From Spirochaetia bacterium (GTDB taxonomy: Bacteria > Spirochaetota > Spirochaetia > CAKZLE01), in the NCBI GenBank assembly GCA_963677595.1, contig OY782041.1:2336001-2400000 (forward strand): DNA of 64,000 bases, given 5' to 3'. The position numbers and the translations under genes were made by a program. Below the pieces are notes generated by a model. It ran no database searches. It had not been told where the DNA came from and saw nothing but the letters and a program-made list of their open reading frames with translations. Shown here piece after piece: positions 30,694 to 40,181 of the stretch; position 1 is the stretch's first letter, and each line of letters opens with the position of its first letter.

Positions 30694-30814
30694 TTGACTA
30701 ATGTGATCCCCAGGTAGATAATACAGTTGCATTCGCGAATAGACCGTGTCTGTGAACCGGGCAGTACCGAATGTGTAATGAAGCGCGCTCCTTGGGGTGC
30801 GTTTCACTTTTTTT
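30694..30814 (+). ncRNA. Putative structured RNA unit 3 (promoter, motif A, terminator)
   Basis: TTGACT-N18-GATAAT; motif A at 30729-30774; GC-rich hairpin followed by T7. Confidence 0.6.
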
Positions 30815-30971
30815 CGGAATCTATCCAAGTTGCGGTATATGATTTGCCAAACCCTTAGGCTCCACAAAGGCTGCCTCCTGTAACTGCCGGAGATCCTTCG
30901 AGGCTGAAGAAAGCCCTCAGCACTATCATATGCAACATACTCGGGCCAGGATCGGAGTAGGGGAAGAAACG

Positions 30972-31760
30972 ATGAGAACTACCATTTTCTGCTTTTCAGG
31001 GACAGGGAACAGTCTTGCCGCAGCAAGGGGCATCAGTAATATCCTTGGGGATACTGAGGTCATTCTCATCACCGACCTGCTCGATGCAGGCAGTATCGAG
31101 GTCTCCCAAGAGTGTGTCGGTATCGTCTGCCCGGTCTATTTCGGTGGGAATATCCCCCCGATCGTAGTGAGGTTCATGCAAAAGCTTGAACTGAAAGGGG
31201 TGAAGTACATCTTTGCTGTCACTACCGCCGGAGCGATGCACGGGAGATCTCTCGATCTCCTCTCAGAGTTGATCGATCGTCGTGGCGGGCATCTGCATGC
31301 CGGGTTCAAGCTCAGCATGCCGGGTAACTACATCGCCATGTACGGTGCCTGGCCTGCTGCCCTTCAGCAGTTGATGCTGAGAAGGAGTAGTAACAAGGTG
31401 AACAGGATCGCATATGCTATCAGGGACAAGAAGACGAACCGCCCGAACGTGACGAAGGAACGGGACATGACACCGCTTTCCGACCGGATGCCTGGTTATC
31501 ATCTGCTGGCCAGAGACTACCGGGTATCTGATGCCTGTACCGGCTGTCAGATCTGCTCAAAGGTCTGTCCTGCAGGGAATATCAGGATGAATAACGGCAA
31601 GCCTGAGTTCGGTGATCATTGTGAGCGCTGTATGGCCTGTATTCAATGGTGTCCGGTCAGGGCGATCGAATACAAGAATAAGACACAGAAAAGAAAACGA
31701 TACACGAATCCCCAGATCAAAGCAGCTGACCTGTTCAGGGAAGGAAACCATACATCATGA
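30972..31760 (+). CDS. EFR1-family flavodoxin-ferredoxin fusion
   Basis: FSGTGNS flavodoxin loop, MPGNY, two CxxCxxCxxxCP 4Fe-4S motifs. Confidence 0.9.
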   Translation: MRTTIFCFSGTGNSLAAARGISNILGDTEVILITDLLDAGSIEVSQECVGIVCPVYFGGNIPPIVVRFMQKLELKGVKYIFAVTTAGAMHGRSLDLLSELIDRRGGHLHAGFKLSMPGNYIAMYGAWPAALQQLMLRRSSNKVNRIAYAIRDKKTNRPNVTKERDMTPLSDRMPGYHLLARDYRVSDACTGCQICSKVCPAGNIRMNNGKPEFGDHCERCMACIQWCPVRAIEYKNKTQKRKRYTNPQIKAADLFREGNHTS

Positions 31761-31772
31761 GTACGAAACACT

Positions 31773-31892
31773 GGAATATTTGCAGAACTGGAAGATCAGG
31801 ATAGACTTATTATCTGTAAGAATCGAGTTTGACACAATTTCGTCGGTAATCGGAACCGAACTTGAACCCGAAGTTCTTTAGGAAGACAGTCT
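31773..31892 (+). pseudogene. Degenerate fragment of a DUF2442 gene
   Basis: Clear nucleotide similarity to about 32449-32569 (atctgtaaga.tcgagtttgacacaat...gaagttcttta.gaagacagtctt) with a frameshift and a TAG stop. Confidence 0.75.
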
Positions 31893-32180
31893 TGCACTGA
31901 ATCCCAAACAAAAGCTCCCAGTTTCGGAATTTCCCTTATGTTGGGATACTTACTGCTGGGAGCGTATTCACAACATAACTCTGCATTTAGCTTAGTGATC
32001 ATGCTGATATATGTCAAGAAATGTTAAGACCCAGTGTCTGTTAATCATGTATATCCCTGTTGACAGTGTTTGCAGGAATGTCATCATTGTTTGTGGTTCT
32101 ATCTGTAACTTCATCTGTAATTGACCAGTGAAAAGCTTTTATTTCTAGATATGTGACATCGAATTTGATATACTAACGAT

Positions 32181-32330
32181 ATGCCCACTATATCGATGTT
32201 TTATGGAATTATGATACGTATGTATCTTGGTGGAAAAGAACACAATCCACCCCATTTTCATGCTAATTATTATCAGGGGAGCAAAGGTCTCTTCTCAATT
32301 AATACCTGTTCTATAGAACCTTTAAAATAG
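32181..32330 (+). pseudogene. DUF4160-family protein with apparent internal deletion (49 aa)
   Basis: MPTISMFYGIMIRMY..EHNPPHFHA N-terminus joined directly to the IEPLK C-terminus; family members are usually about 85 aa. Confidence 0.75.
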
Positions 32331-32340
32331 GAGGCCAGTT

Positions 32341-32583
32341 ATGTATTTGAGTGTAACAGATGCTAAACCTCTCCAAGACTATAAACTACTCCTTACTTTT
32401 GAAAATAACGAAAAACGGGTTTTTAACGTGATGCCATATCTAGGGAAAGGTATTTTTTCAGAACTGAAAGATCTGAAAGTCTTTTCATCTGTAAGAGTCG
32501 AGTTTGACACAATATCCTGGGCAAACGGTGCTGATCTTGACCCGGAAGTTCTTTACGAAGACAGTCTTCCCCTGGAAGCCTAA
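32341..32583 (+). CDS. DUF2442-family protein (partner of DUF4160)
   Basis: YKLLLTFENNEKR, TISWANGADLDPEVLY; GGAGG RBS. Confidence 0.88.
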   Translation: MYLSVTDAKPLQDYKLLLTFENNEKRVFNVMPYLGKGIFSELKDLKVFSSVRVEFDTISWANGADLDPEVLYEDSLPLEA

Positions 32584-32636
32584 CAGCTTCTTCCCCATGA
32601 ACAGGTGAACTACCCACAAACATCTCTATACACAGA

Positions 32637-32663
32637 AAAGCCACCAGATTTCTCTGATGGCTT
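32637..32663 (-). terminator. Terminator downstream of the tRNA fragment
   Basis: aagcca.caga...tctg.tggctt hairpin with a T-run on the minus strand. Confidence 0.65.
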
Positions 32664-32670
32664 CCTTTTC

Positions 32671-32712
32671 TAGCAGGGACAGGACTCGAACCTGCGACCT
32701 CCGGGTTATGAG
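32671..32712 (-). other. att core: 3' half of tRNA-Met(CAT), initiator-like
   Basis: Minus strand CTCATAACCCGGAGGTCGCAGGTTCGAGTCCTGTCCCTGCTA gives anticodon loop, T-arm and acceptor 3' strand; no 5' half upstream. Confidence 0.88.
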
Positions 32713-32840
32713 TGAGTTCCGGTTTTCTCAACCTGCGTTCTTTCTTGTTCGTAAGTGTAGACAATAAAAAGAGAAGCGTCAACAGGAATTTTATAGCCGT
32801 TGCTAGAAATTTTCAAAAGTAGCCCCTTGTTCAACGGTTT

Positions 32841-32958
32841 ATCTGTAATTCTGTCTGTAACTGAAGCCCCATAATACAGATTCTGAACTGGGAAAATTTG
32901 ACTTTCGTTCGGCGGGTCCAAGTGTCTTTCCCGACGTTTACCCGACGCTTTCCCGACG
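32841..32958 (+). repeat. Short direct repeats near att (candidate integrase arm or Xis sites)
   Basis: TCTGTAAYT x2 at 32841-32863; TTWCCCGACG x3 with 11-bp period at 32927-32958. Confidence 0.6.
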
Positions 32959-33060
32959 GTATGGTAACATTGATTTTTATAATAAGAGAGAGGTAGAGTG
33001 ATATATGCGATTATCATTAGCCTTCCTTAGAAGTAGTATCTTAAGAGAAGACTAAAGTTA

Positions 33061-33252
33061 TTATATCGATAGTAAATTCCCTTTTTCCTTTAAAAGGTCT
33101 TGTTCCCTCTTTAGTTTATCTCTGACCGCTAGTTCTACGAATTCTCCTATCTTAACTTTCTTACCAGTTTTCACGTATATCTGGGCAAGAAGTAATAGCA
33201 GTTCCTGGTAGGTTGTCTCATCAGTCTTTGCCCAAAGTCTTTTACTTGTCAT
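33061..33252 (-). CDS. Small basic protein, possibly ribbon-helix-helix
   Basis: 63 aa with strand-helix-helix pattern (KIGEFVELAVRDKL); GGAG upstream. Confidence 0.5.
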   Translation of the reverse strand: MTSKRLWAKTDETTYQELLLLLAQIYVKTGKKVKIGEFVELAVRDKLKREQDLLKEKGNLLSI

Positions 33253-33426
33253 TGTGTAATTATGTTTTCTCCATATATATTTTTCAATTCACGTAACGTA
33301 ATAAAAGTTTGTGTGCCAAATATTGTTCGTATCAGTTCTTTTCGCTTGACACCAAGTGTTTGCATACTCACACTGTAGAAGATTGCTTTATAATGTGAGA
33401 CGTTATTCTAAATAGAGGAATTTTAA

Positions 33427-36216
33427 ATGAACCTTTCTGATTATCCAGGGACTCGATGGTATAAATGCGATTTACATCTTCATACACTTGCAAGCAAATG
33501 TTTCGAAGATGATGATTACTCTCCAGAGGCATTTATTGATGCTGTAAGTGCTAAGGGATTAGATTGTATCGCGATTACAGATCATAACACAGGGAAGAGC
33601 ATTGATGCTATAAAAGACGCTGCAAGAGATAAAAATATTACTGTCTTTCCTGGGGTTGAAATCACATGTACTGATGCAAAGGTCCATATTCTAGTACTGT
33701 TTAATCCTGAAAAGACAACACAGGATGTAGAGGATTTTCTTATAAGTCTAGGATTGGATAGGCAAAAATTTGGAGCACAGAATGCTCATATTGATAAGAC
33801 AATTACTAAGATAATGGAAATCATTGAGAGGAATGAGGCAATTGCTATACCCGCTCATATCGATGAATATAATGGATTGTCTTCTATAGCGGATGCCGTA
33901 AAGCAAGAATTATTTGGGAATGGGTTAATATCATCTGTACAGATAGTTCATTCAAGATTGATGAAAGAGAGCCTTTCAGGTGAAGAAGAAACCGAACTAA
34001 TAGATTATCTGAATGAATATTACGGAAAGACTGAGATAGGATTTCGTGATTTGAATACATGGCGTAGTTGTTCAAAATATATTAAATCAATAGCACAGCT
34101 AACTTTTTCAGATAATCCGAAAGAAACAAAATCATCAAAACACGGGCTCTGGGGGGTAGGTAATAAATATACGTGGATTAAAATGGGGAAATCCCCAGAT
34201 CTTGACAGCTTGAAGCAGGCATTCTTGGTTCCTGATCTTCGAGTACGAAATATGTTTTCTTGTCAATATAAGCCATATCAAGAACCAAAAACATGGATCG
34301 AAAGCATCTCAATAAACGATACATATATAACAGAATGTGGAAAGGGTTTTTCGCTATCCTTTAGCCCACAAATGAATACAATTATTGGGGGAAGAGGAAG
34401 CGGGAAATCGAGTATTTTGAGATTTATTCGTGGAATATTAAAAAAAACAAACGATCTTAGCTCTCTAACTGAAGTTGGTGAAGAGTTTCAGAATTTCTAT
34501 CAAAAGCAAGATTCACATCAGCATGGAGTATTTAATGGAAAATCCCAAATAACTCTAAATTTATTCAAGAACGGTATTTCTTATCAAATAGTAGCCGAAA
34601 ACATCACCGATGTTCATAATCAGAAAATCTCGATTTCGAAATTTGATTTTGAAACTAGAGAATATATTGAGATTGTGCAAGAAGAATTTTTATCTTTATT
34701 TGAAGTAAATATTTTTTCTCAGAAGCAAATCTACGAGATAGCAAACAATCCTAATGCCTTGTTAACCATTATAGATGAATCAATAGATGGTTTAGAAAGT
34801 AAAAAAGCCGAGATATCTCAACTCAAATCAGATTATTATGTTATTTCATCTGAAATAAGAAGTTATAAAGAAAAAATTAAAAATATAAAATTAATAGAGA
34901 GTGAAATTGATGAGATTGATTCAAGAATAAAATTGCTACAGAAAAGTGGCATTACTGATTTACTAGAACTAAGCCAACAGTATTCGAAAGAGAGCACTTA
35001 CCTGAGTAGATTTTTAACCAAAATTGATGAAGAAGTTAAGTCTTTTAATCATTTATTGGAAAAGTTGAAACTTGTTGTAGAGTTTGATGAGACTGTTTTA
35101 AAAACATCAAATAAAGATTCCATAATTGCTATAAAAGACAATCTTAATAACAGCACCTTTAAAATAATTGAAAGAATAACTTCGCTGAAGGATGAATATG
35201 TTGGAAATGTTGAAAAAGCAAAAGAAGCAATAAAAACATCTGGGTGGAGTACATTCAGACAATTGAATTTGGACCAAATTGAAATTAAGAAACGGGATTT
35301 GGGTGATCAAGCGATTAAAAATATTGAAGAGATTGGGGCCTTGGTTGAAGAAAAGCATAGTAAAGAGAAAGAGCGAGATGTTATAAGGAAATATGAGGCT
35401 GATATAAAACTTAAAGAAAAAGATCTAGAGATGAACTATTTAGAATATCTGAAAGCAATTAACGAGGTTTCTGAATGTCGTAAAGATTTTTTACGTGAAT
35501 CTGTTAGCGGTGATAATGTAAGAATTTCGGTTGCGCCTTTTCGAGATAAAAAAATGTTTGAAAAAGAGTTTAGGTCAATAATCAATAATGAGACTGCTTT
35601 TCACGATTCAATTGAAACTTTAATGCAAAAGTGTTTCGATGGTAGACTGCCCGATACTCTCAAAATCATCCATGAAGATTTACACCAACTTAGAGTAGGG
35701 GAAATTCCAGAAAATTACGATGGACGTTTTAAGAATTGTATTCAACGTCTTTCTCCTGATCAATTTGATAGTCTGATACTTCTTGTCCCAGATGACGAAA
35801 TAAAAGCCGAATATAAGCCCCCTAGGTCTAAAACATTTAAAAAGATTTCCTCAGCTTCCGCTGGCCAGAAAACTGCCACAATTCTGACTTTTTTGCTTTC
35901 CTTTGGTAATGAGCCTCTAATTTTAGATCAACCTGAGGATGATTTAGATAATCATCTAGTCTATGGGTTAATTGTTGACCGGCTTAAAGAATCAAAAGAA
36001 TCAAGACAAGTGATAGTAGTGACACACAATGCAAATATCCCGGTTAATGGTGATTCTGAATATATCATAGCAATGGATTCAGAATCGCTAAATCTTAATG
36101 TCTTACATGAGGGATCCATTGACGAGGATAATATAAAAAAGGAGATATGTGATGTCATGGAAGGTGGAGAGGATGCTTTCCGACTACGGTCAAAACGTTA
36201 TGAAATAAATAAATAA
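33427..36216 (+). CDS. PHP phosphoesterase-ABC ATPase fusion (TrlF/Ppl-like anti-phage protein)
   Basis: DLHLHT, ITDHN, PAH, FSD PHP motifs; GGRGSGKS, SAGQ, LDQPEDDLDN, VTHNANI. Confidence 0.88.
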   Translation: MNLSDYPGTRWYKCDLHLHTLASKCFEDDDYSPEAFIDAVSAKGLDCIAITDHNTGKSIDAIKDAARDKNITVFPGVEITCTDAKVHILVLFNPEKTTQDVEDFLISLGLDRQKFGAQNAHIDKTITKIMEIIERNEAIAIPAHIDEYNGLSSIADAVKQELFGNGLISSVQIVHSRLMKESLSGEEETELIDYLNEYYGKTEIGFRDLNTWRSCSKYIKSIAQLTFSDNPKETKSSKHGLWGVGNKYTWIKMGKSPDLDSLKQAFLVPDLRVRNMFSCQYKPYQEPKTWIESISINDTYITECGKGFSLSFSPQMNTIIGGRGSGKSSILRFIRGILKKTNDLSSLTEVGEEFQNFYQKQDSHQHGVFNGKSQITLNLFKNGISYQIVAENITDVHNQKISISKFDFETREYIEIVQEEFLSLFEVNIFSQKQIYEIANNPNALLTIIDESIDGLESKKAEISQLKSDYYVISSEIRSYKEKIKNIKLIESEIDEIDSRIKLLQKSGITDLLELSQQYSKESTYLSRFLTKIDEEVKSFNHLLEKLKLVVEFDETVLKTSNKDSIIAIKDNLNNSTFKIIERITSLKDEYVGNVEKAKEAIKTSGWSTFRQLNLDQIEIKKRDLGDQAIKNIEEIGALVEEKHSKEKERDVIRKYEADIKLKEKDLEMNYLEYLKAINEVSECRKDFLRESVSGDNVRISVAPFRDKKMFEKEFRSIINNETAFHDSIETLMQKCFDGRLPDTLKIIHEDLHQLRVGEIPENYDGRFKNCIQRLSPDQFDSLILLVPDDEIKAEYKPPRSKTFKKISSASAGQKTATILTFLLSFGNEPLILDQPEDDLDNHLVYGLIVDRLKESKESRQVIVVTHNANIPVNGDSEYIIAMDSESLNLNVLHEGSIDEDNIKKEICDVMEGGEDAFRLRSKRYEINK

Positions 36217-36233
36217 TTTTTAAATACATAAGA

Positions 36234-37211
36234 TTACTGCTTTGATTTATTGAAAATTTGAACAACGATTTGGTGTGATATATGCCACATCATTACTGGA
36301 GGTATGGCATTCCCAAGAGCCCTGTATTGTGAGAACTCTGATCCCACAAGTTTGAAGTTTTCTGGAAAAGATTGAATTCTGGAAACTTCTCGAGGCGTGA
36401 ATCTTCTGAATCTTCCTGATATTTTTAAAACGGGATCTGTGCTATTTAAAGAGACCTTTGCAAGGTGAGCACCTACAGTGTTGCAGGGCTGGGAAATGTC
36501 TTGGGCTCGACCTTTGTTCATCATTTTATTCGATTTCTGAAGCCCTAGAACAGCCCTCTCACTAAAATAATATTTTTCAGGAACTTCATTTTCATTAATA
36601 ATTACTTCATTTAATGGGATGGGTGAAATACTATTAGATAATGGCTTGAAATTAAAGTTTAAGTTTAAATCATCCCTTATTCCTATTATGAATACTCTCT
36701 CCCTTTTTTGAGGCACACCGAAATCTACAGAATTTAAAAGTTTCCAAGTAACATTATACCCGGCTTCTTCAAAATTTTTTATAATGAGTGGGAATGCTTT
36801 CTTTTTATTAGCTGACAATATACCTTTCACATTTTCAGCAATAAAGACTTTGGGGCGCTTCTCTTTGAGTATTCTCACCATCTCGAAAAATAATTTGCCC
36901 TTATCATCCTTATACCCTAGTCGGGGAGGGTTCTGGGCTACAATTGAAAAGGATTGGCAGGGGAATCCTCCCGTTAAAATGTCATGATCAGGGATTTCGG
37001 ATGCTTCGACATCTCTAATATCTTTTTGCTGACACTTTATTTGAAAGTTCTCATTAAAAATCTGACAGGCCGATTCTTCTATGTCATTCGCATACACGAT
37101 TTCAGTATTTAGCCGTGGGTATTTTGTATTAAGAAAAGTGAAACCACCTTCGATGCCTATGTCTGTTCCACCGCATCCGCTAAACAATGAGGCTACACGT
37201 ATTAGTTCCAT
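36234..37211 (-). CDS. DNA (cytosine-5)-methyltransferase M2
   Basis: LFSGCGG, GGFPCQ, ENV, QKRER, GNAIPP. Confidence 0.95.
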   Translation of the reverse strand: MELIRVASLFSGCGGTDIGIEGGFTFLNTKYPRLNTEIVYANDIEESACQIFNENFQIKCQQKDIRDVEASEIPDHDILTGGFPCQSFSIVAQNPPRLGYKDDKGKLFFEMVRILKEKRPKVFIAENVKGILSANKKKAFPLIIKNFEEAGYNVTWKLLNSVDFGVPQKRERVFIIGIRDDLNLNFNFKPLSNSISPIPLNEVIINENEVPEKYYFSERAVLGLQKSNKMMNKGRAQDISQPCNTVGAHLAKVSLNSTDPVLKISGRFRRFTPREVSRIQSFPENFKLVGSEFSQYRALGNAIPPVMMWHISHQIVVQIFNKSKQ

Positions 37212-38614
37212 GGTAGTAATTCCTGATATTCTCCGCTTGTTTCCGGATTAAAAGTGATTTCCATTCCCATTTGAGTGTTGAGTAACATATCAATTTTATC
37301 TTCTTTGTATAACCTGTCAGGATCCTGTAGAACATATAATTTTTTTGATTCTTTACTGATATATAGTCGATAGATAAAATATCTATCTGACAAAGTTTTT
37401 GCTGTATTCCACTCATTTGGTGTTAAATGGAATCTGTGAAAAGAAATGTTTTTACTGCTTATTGTAGTTTTTACTTCGATATACCTTTTTCGTGCATCAA
37501 GTTCAACCGATTGCAAATCATAACCAACTGCATATGAAGTGGGAATTAATTTAATAAGGTGTAGAAGGTCTTCTCTACCACCAATAGTAATTCTCTTACA
37601 TTCATGTCCGTATGCTAAGTTTTCACCTAAGTCTCCAATCTCCTTAGTGCGAACTTCTTGTGACTCGACTCTACTAAGAAGATCTTCATAGCTCTTCATC
37701 ATATTTTCATACTGTTCTTCACTGTCAGATATCAGGGCAAGAATATCTGTCATAAAGAAATCTTGGGATACCTTCTTATTAACAAATTCAAACCATGGAA
37801 CTTTTAATGATTTTATTTCTTCGAGATCTCCTGCATTATTTTCTATCTGGGTGTCATATCCTGAGAACCATGAAGGATTTGAAAGAAAGAAATCAATAGT
37901 TTTGCTCTCTAGAGAGTTGATGTAAAAATTACCATTATAAGTATTTAAAAGATTTGCGATTGACATATAGTCTAATATATCACCTGCATACCTGATGATA
38001 TCTCCAGTCCAATCCCATGAATAATTATGTTCCTTTGCATCTAATATTCTATCCACTGTTTCCGCATTAGACTCAAGGCCGGCAGTTACTCTTAAATCAT
38101 TGAAAATCAAATGTGTAGCTTCAGCCTTTGATAATCCAATATTTTTCCCCGTTGAAGCTTTAAGATCTGTTAAGATTTTTAATATGGTGTATGCAGGATG
38201 GAACTTGACACCTTTTTCCACAAACTTTTCAATTTCATGAGATTTTATATGTGCTCCCGGATATTGGAAGAAATATAGAAAAATTTTGAAGAACTGAACA
38301 AGATCCTGATTAGTTGCAAGATCTTGCGATCGTTGTGATGATCTGGTCAGATTATTGGGCTTATCCTCAATGTAAAAACCGAAAAGTGAAGATATTTCAG
38401 TTCTCCAGTTATTTATTGTTTTTTCGGATAAACCAATATTTCCCGGAAACCGTCTGATAGCCTCGTTTAGTTTTAATTTGAAATCGTCGCAAGATGCGGT
38501 GTCAATCCGTTTTATTTCCTCCGCGACAAAGATAAGGACGTTTTCAATATTATTTTTAAATCTGGGACGAACATGGTGGATACGGAAATAGTATTCAGCA
38601 GGAACATTATACAT
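37202..38614 (-). CDS. Putative type II restriction endonuclease with C-terminal DUF3883 PD-(D/E)xK domain
   Basis: IGDLGE...GYDLQS...YIEVKTT...LTPNEW; sandwiched between two MTases. Confidence 0.8.
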   Translation of the reverse strand: MYNVPAEYYFRIHHVRPRFKNNIENVLIFVAEEIKRIDTASCDDFKLKLNEAIRRFPGNIGLSEKTINNWRTEISSLFGFYIEDKPNNLTRSSQRSQDLATNQDLVQFFKIFLYFFQYPGAHIKSHEIEKFVEKGVKFHPAYTILKILTDLKASTGKNIGLSKAEATHLIFNDLRVTAGLESNAETVDRILDAKEHNYSWDWTGDIIRYAGDILDYMSIANLLNTYNGNFYINSLESKTIDFFLSNPSWFSGYDTQIENNAGDLEEIKSLKVPWFEFVNKKVSQDFFMTDILALISDSEEQYENMMKSYEDLLSRVESQEVRTKEIGDLGENLAYGHECKRITIGGREDLLHLIKLIPTSYAVGYDLQSVELDARKRYIEVKTTISSKNISFHRFHLTPNEWNTAKTLSDRYFIYRLYISKESKKLYVLQDPDRLYKEDKIDMLLNTQMGMEITFNPETSGEYQELLPWN

Positions 38615-39653
38615 TTAGCTCTCCCAATATACTCATTAATTCTTTTGCTATTACCCCAGCAAGGATCGGAGGAACAGCATTCCCTACTTGTGTTTCTTGC
38701 TCGGATTTGTTTCCAAGGAAGACAAACGAATCTGGAAAAGACTGAATCCGTGCTGCTTCCCTTACTGTAGGTACTCTGTTGAAAGCGTAATGAAAATGGT
38801 GCCTATGTCCAGTATCAATTGTGAAGCTTGGGAATTTGCTATTCAGCCTTGTCCATGCAATATTAACTTTCCTCGAATTTTTAAACTCCTCTGGAAGGTT
38901 TTTATAATTGCCACCATCAGGTACCAAATTTATTATCATTTTTGTTTTGTCTGTATGTTTGGTTGTTATATGATTATATATCCCATTTGACCCCTGTCTC
39001 ATTTTTTCTTGGTAGTTTGATTTTGGTTTTTCAGGATATCCTTCTTCTGGTTTGATATCAAATTCAGGTAAATCTGAAATAGCTTCTTCTGCACTAATAT
39101 GGTCAGTTAAATATTTATCAAGACGGTTAAAGTCGAATTTATGTGAGGATTTGAATCCGATAAGGATAAATCTTTTCCTATGTTGGGGCACACCATAATC
39201 TGAGGCTTTAAGAATTTTCCAATTTAGATGGTAGCCAATATTCTCGAAGTCAGTGAGAATAGAATTTAAAATTATGCCTTCACCCATAGATGCTATATTG
39301 GGCACATTCTCCATCATAAATACTGCTGGTTGTAGTACTTCTACAAATTTCAAAAACTGTTTGTATAATTTATTACGATGATCATCAACAATACGTTTCC
39401 CTGCAATTGAAAAACCTTGACAAGGGGGGCCGCCGATTATGACATCTACCTCCCGTCCTTTCATAATATCCAAGGGATCTATTTGTGCTAAATCAGCATT
39501 AATAGTAGTGGTTTCCTGATGGTTAAGTCTTAATGTATCTAATGCAATTTGACAATTGTCAATCGCATAATTTATCCTAAATCCAGCATTTTGGAATCCA
39601 AGAGACAATCCTCCACAACCTGAGAATAAGTCGAGTACCCTATATTTTTTCAC
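38607..39653 (-). CDS. DNA (cytosine-5)-methyltransferase M1
   Basis: DLFSGCGG, GGPPCQ, ENV, QHRKR, REAARIQSFPD, GNAVPP. Confidence 0.95.
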   Translation of the reverse strand: MKKYRVLDLFSGCGGLSLGFQNAGFRINYAIDNCQIALDTLRLNHQETTTINADLAQIDPLDIMKGREVDVIIGGPPCQGFSIAGKRIVDDHRNKLYKQFLKFVEVLQPAVFMMENVPNIASMGEGIILNSILTDFENIGYHLNWKILKASDYGVPQHRKRFILIGFKSSHKFDFNRLDKYLTDHISAEEAISDLPEFDIKPEEGYPEKPKSNYQEKMRQGSNGIYNHITTKHTDKTKMIINLVPDGGNYKNLPEEFKNSRKVNIAWTRLNSKFPSFTIDTGHRHHFHYAFNRVPTVREAARIQSFPDSFVFLGNKSEQETQVGNAVPPILAGVIAKELMSILGELNV

Positions 39654-40080
39654 CCTTAATTTCCTTTATCAGTTTCTCTAGATAATGAAGATCTTTAATT
39701 TCACATTCCCAAACAACTAGAACTTTAAACCCTAGTTTTTCTAGTTCTAAGTAGTTTTCCTCATCTCTGGTAATATTCCTGTTTATTTTATCTCTCCAAT
39801 AAGTCGTATTAGTCTTAGGGAGATGATTCTTCTTGCAATACTGATGCCCATGCCAAAAACATCCATTTACAAATACAACTGTTTTATAAAGGGATAAAAC
39901 AATATCTGGTTTCCCTGGAAGTATCCCATCATTGATAATTTTTTTTGAAACGTTGCCGTGCAATCGATATCTAAACCCTCTAGCAAATAGAAATTTTCGG
40001 ACCACCAATTCTGGTTTAGTATTTTTTGATCTGATTAGACTCATGTTCCAGCTGCGTTTTTCATTTGACAAATTATCCAC
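39640..40080 (-). CDS. vsr: Very short patch repair endonuclease
   Basis: RSWNMSLIRSKNTKPE, GKPD, FVNGCFWHGH, VWEC. Confidence 0.93.
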   Translation of the reverse strand: MDNLSNEKRSWNMSLIRSKNTKPELVVRKFLFARGFRYRLHGNVSKKIINDGILPGKPDIVLSLYKTVVFVNGCFWHGHQYCKKNHLPKTNTTYWRDKINRNITRDEENYLELEKLGFKVLVVWECEIKDLHYLEKLIKEIKGEKI

Positions 40081-40181
40081 GGTCTAATTTTACAACTCCT
40101 TTTGAACGAGATTATATCAAAACATCTTTAAAATATAAAGTTTCTAGAGAAAGTATGCTTTGACATCATTTCTAAAAAAAA

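Noticed and set aside
32671-32712. Intact tRNA-Met gene
   Set aside because: The D-arm and 5' acceptor strand are absent; it is an att duplication
32713-33426. Integrase next to att
   Set aside because: No tyrosine or serine recombinase ORF here; presumably at the other prophage end outside the window
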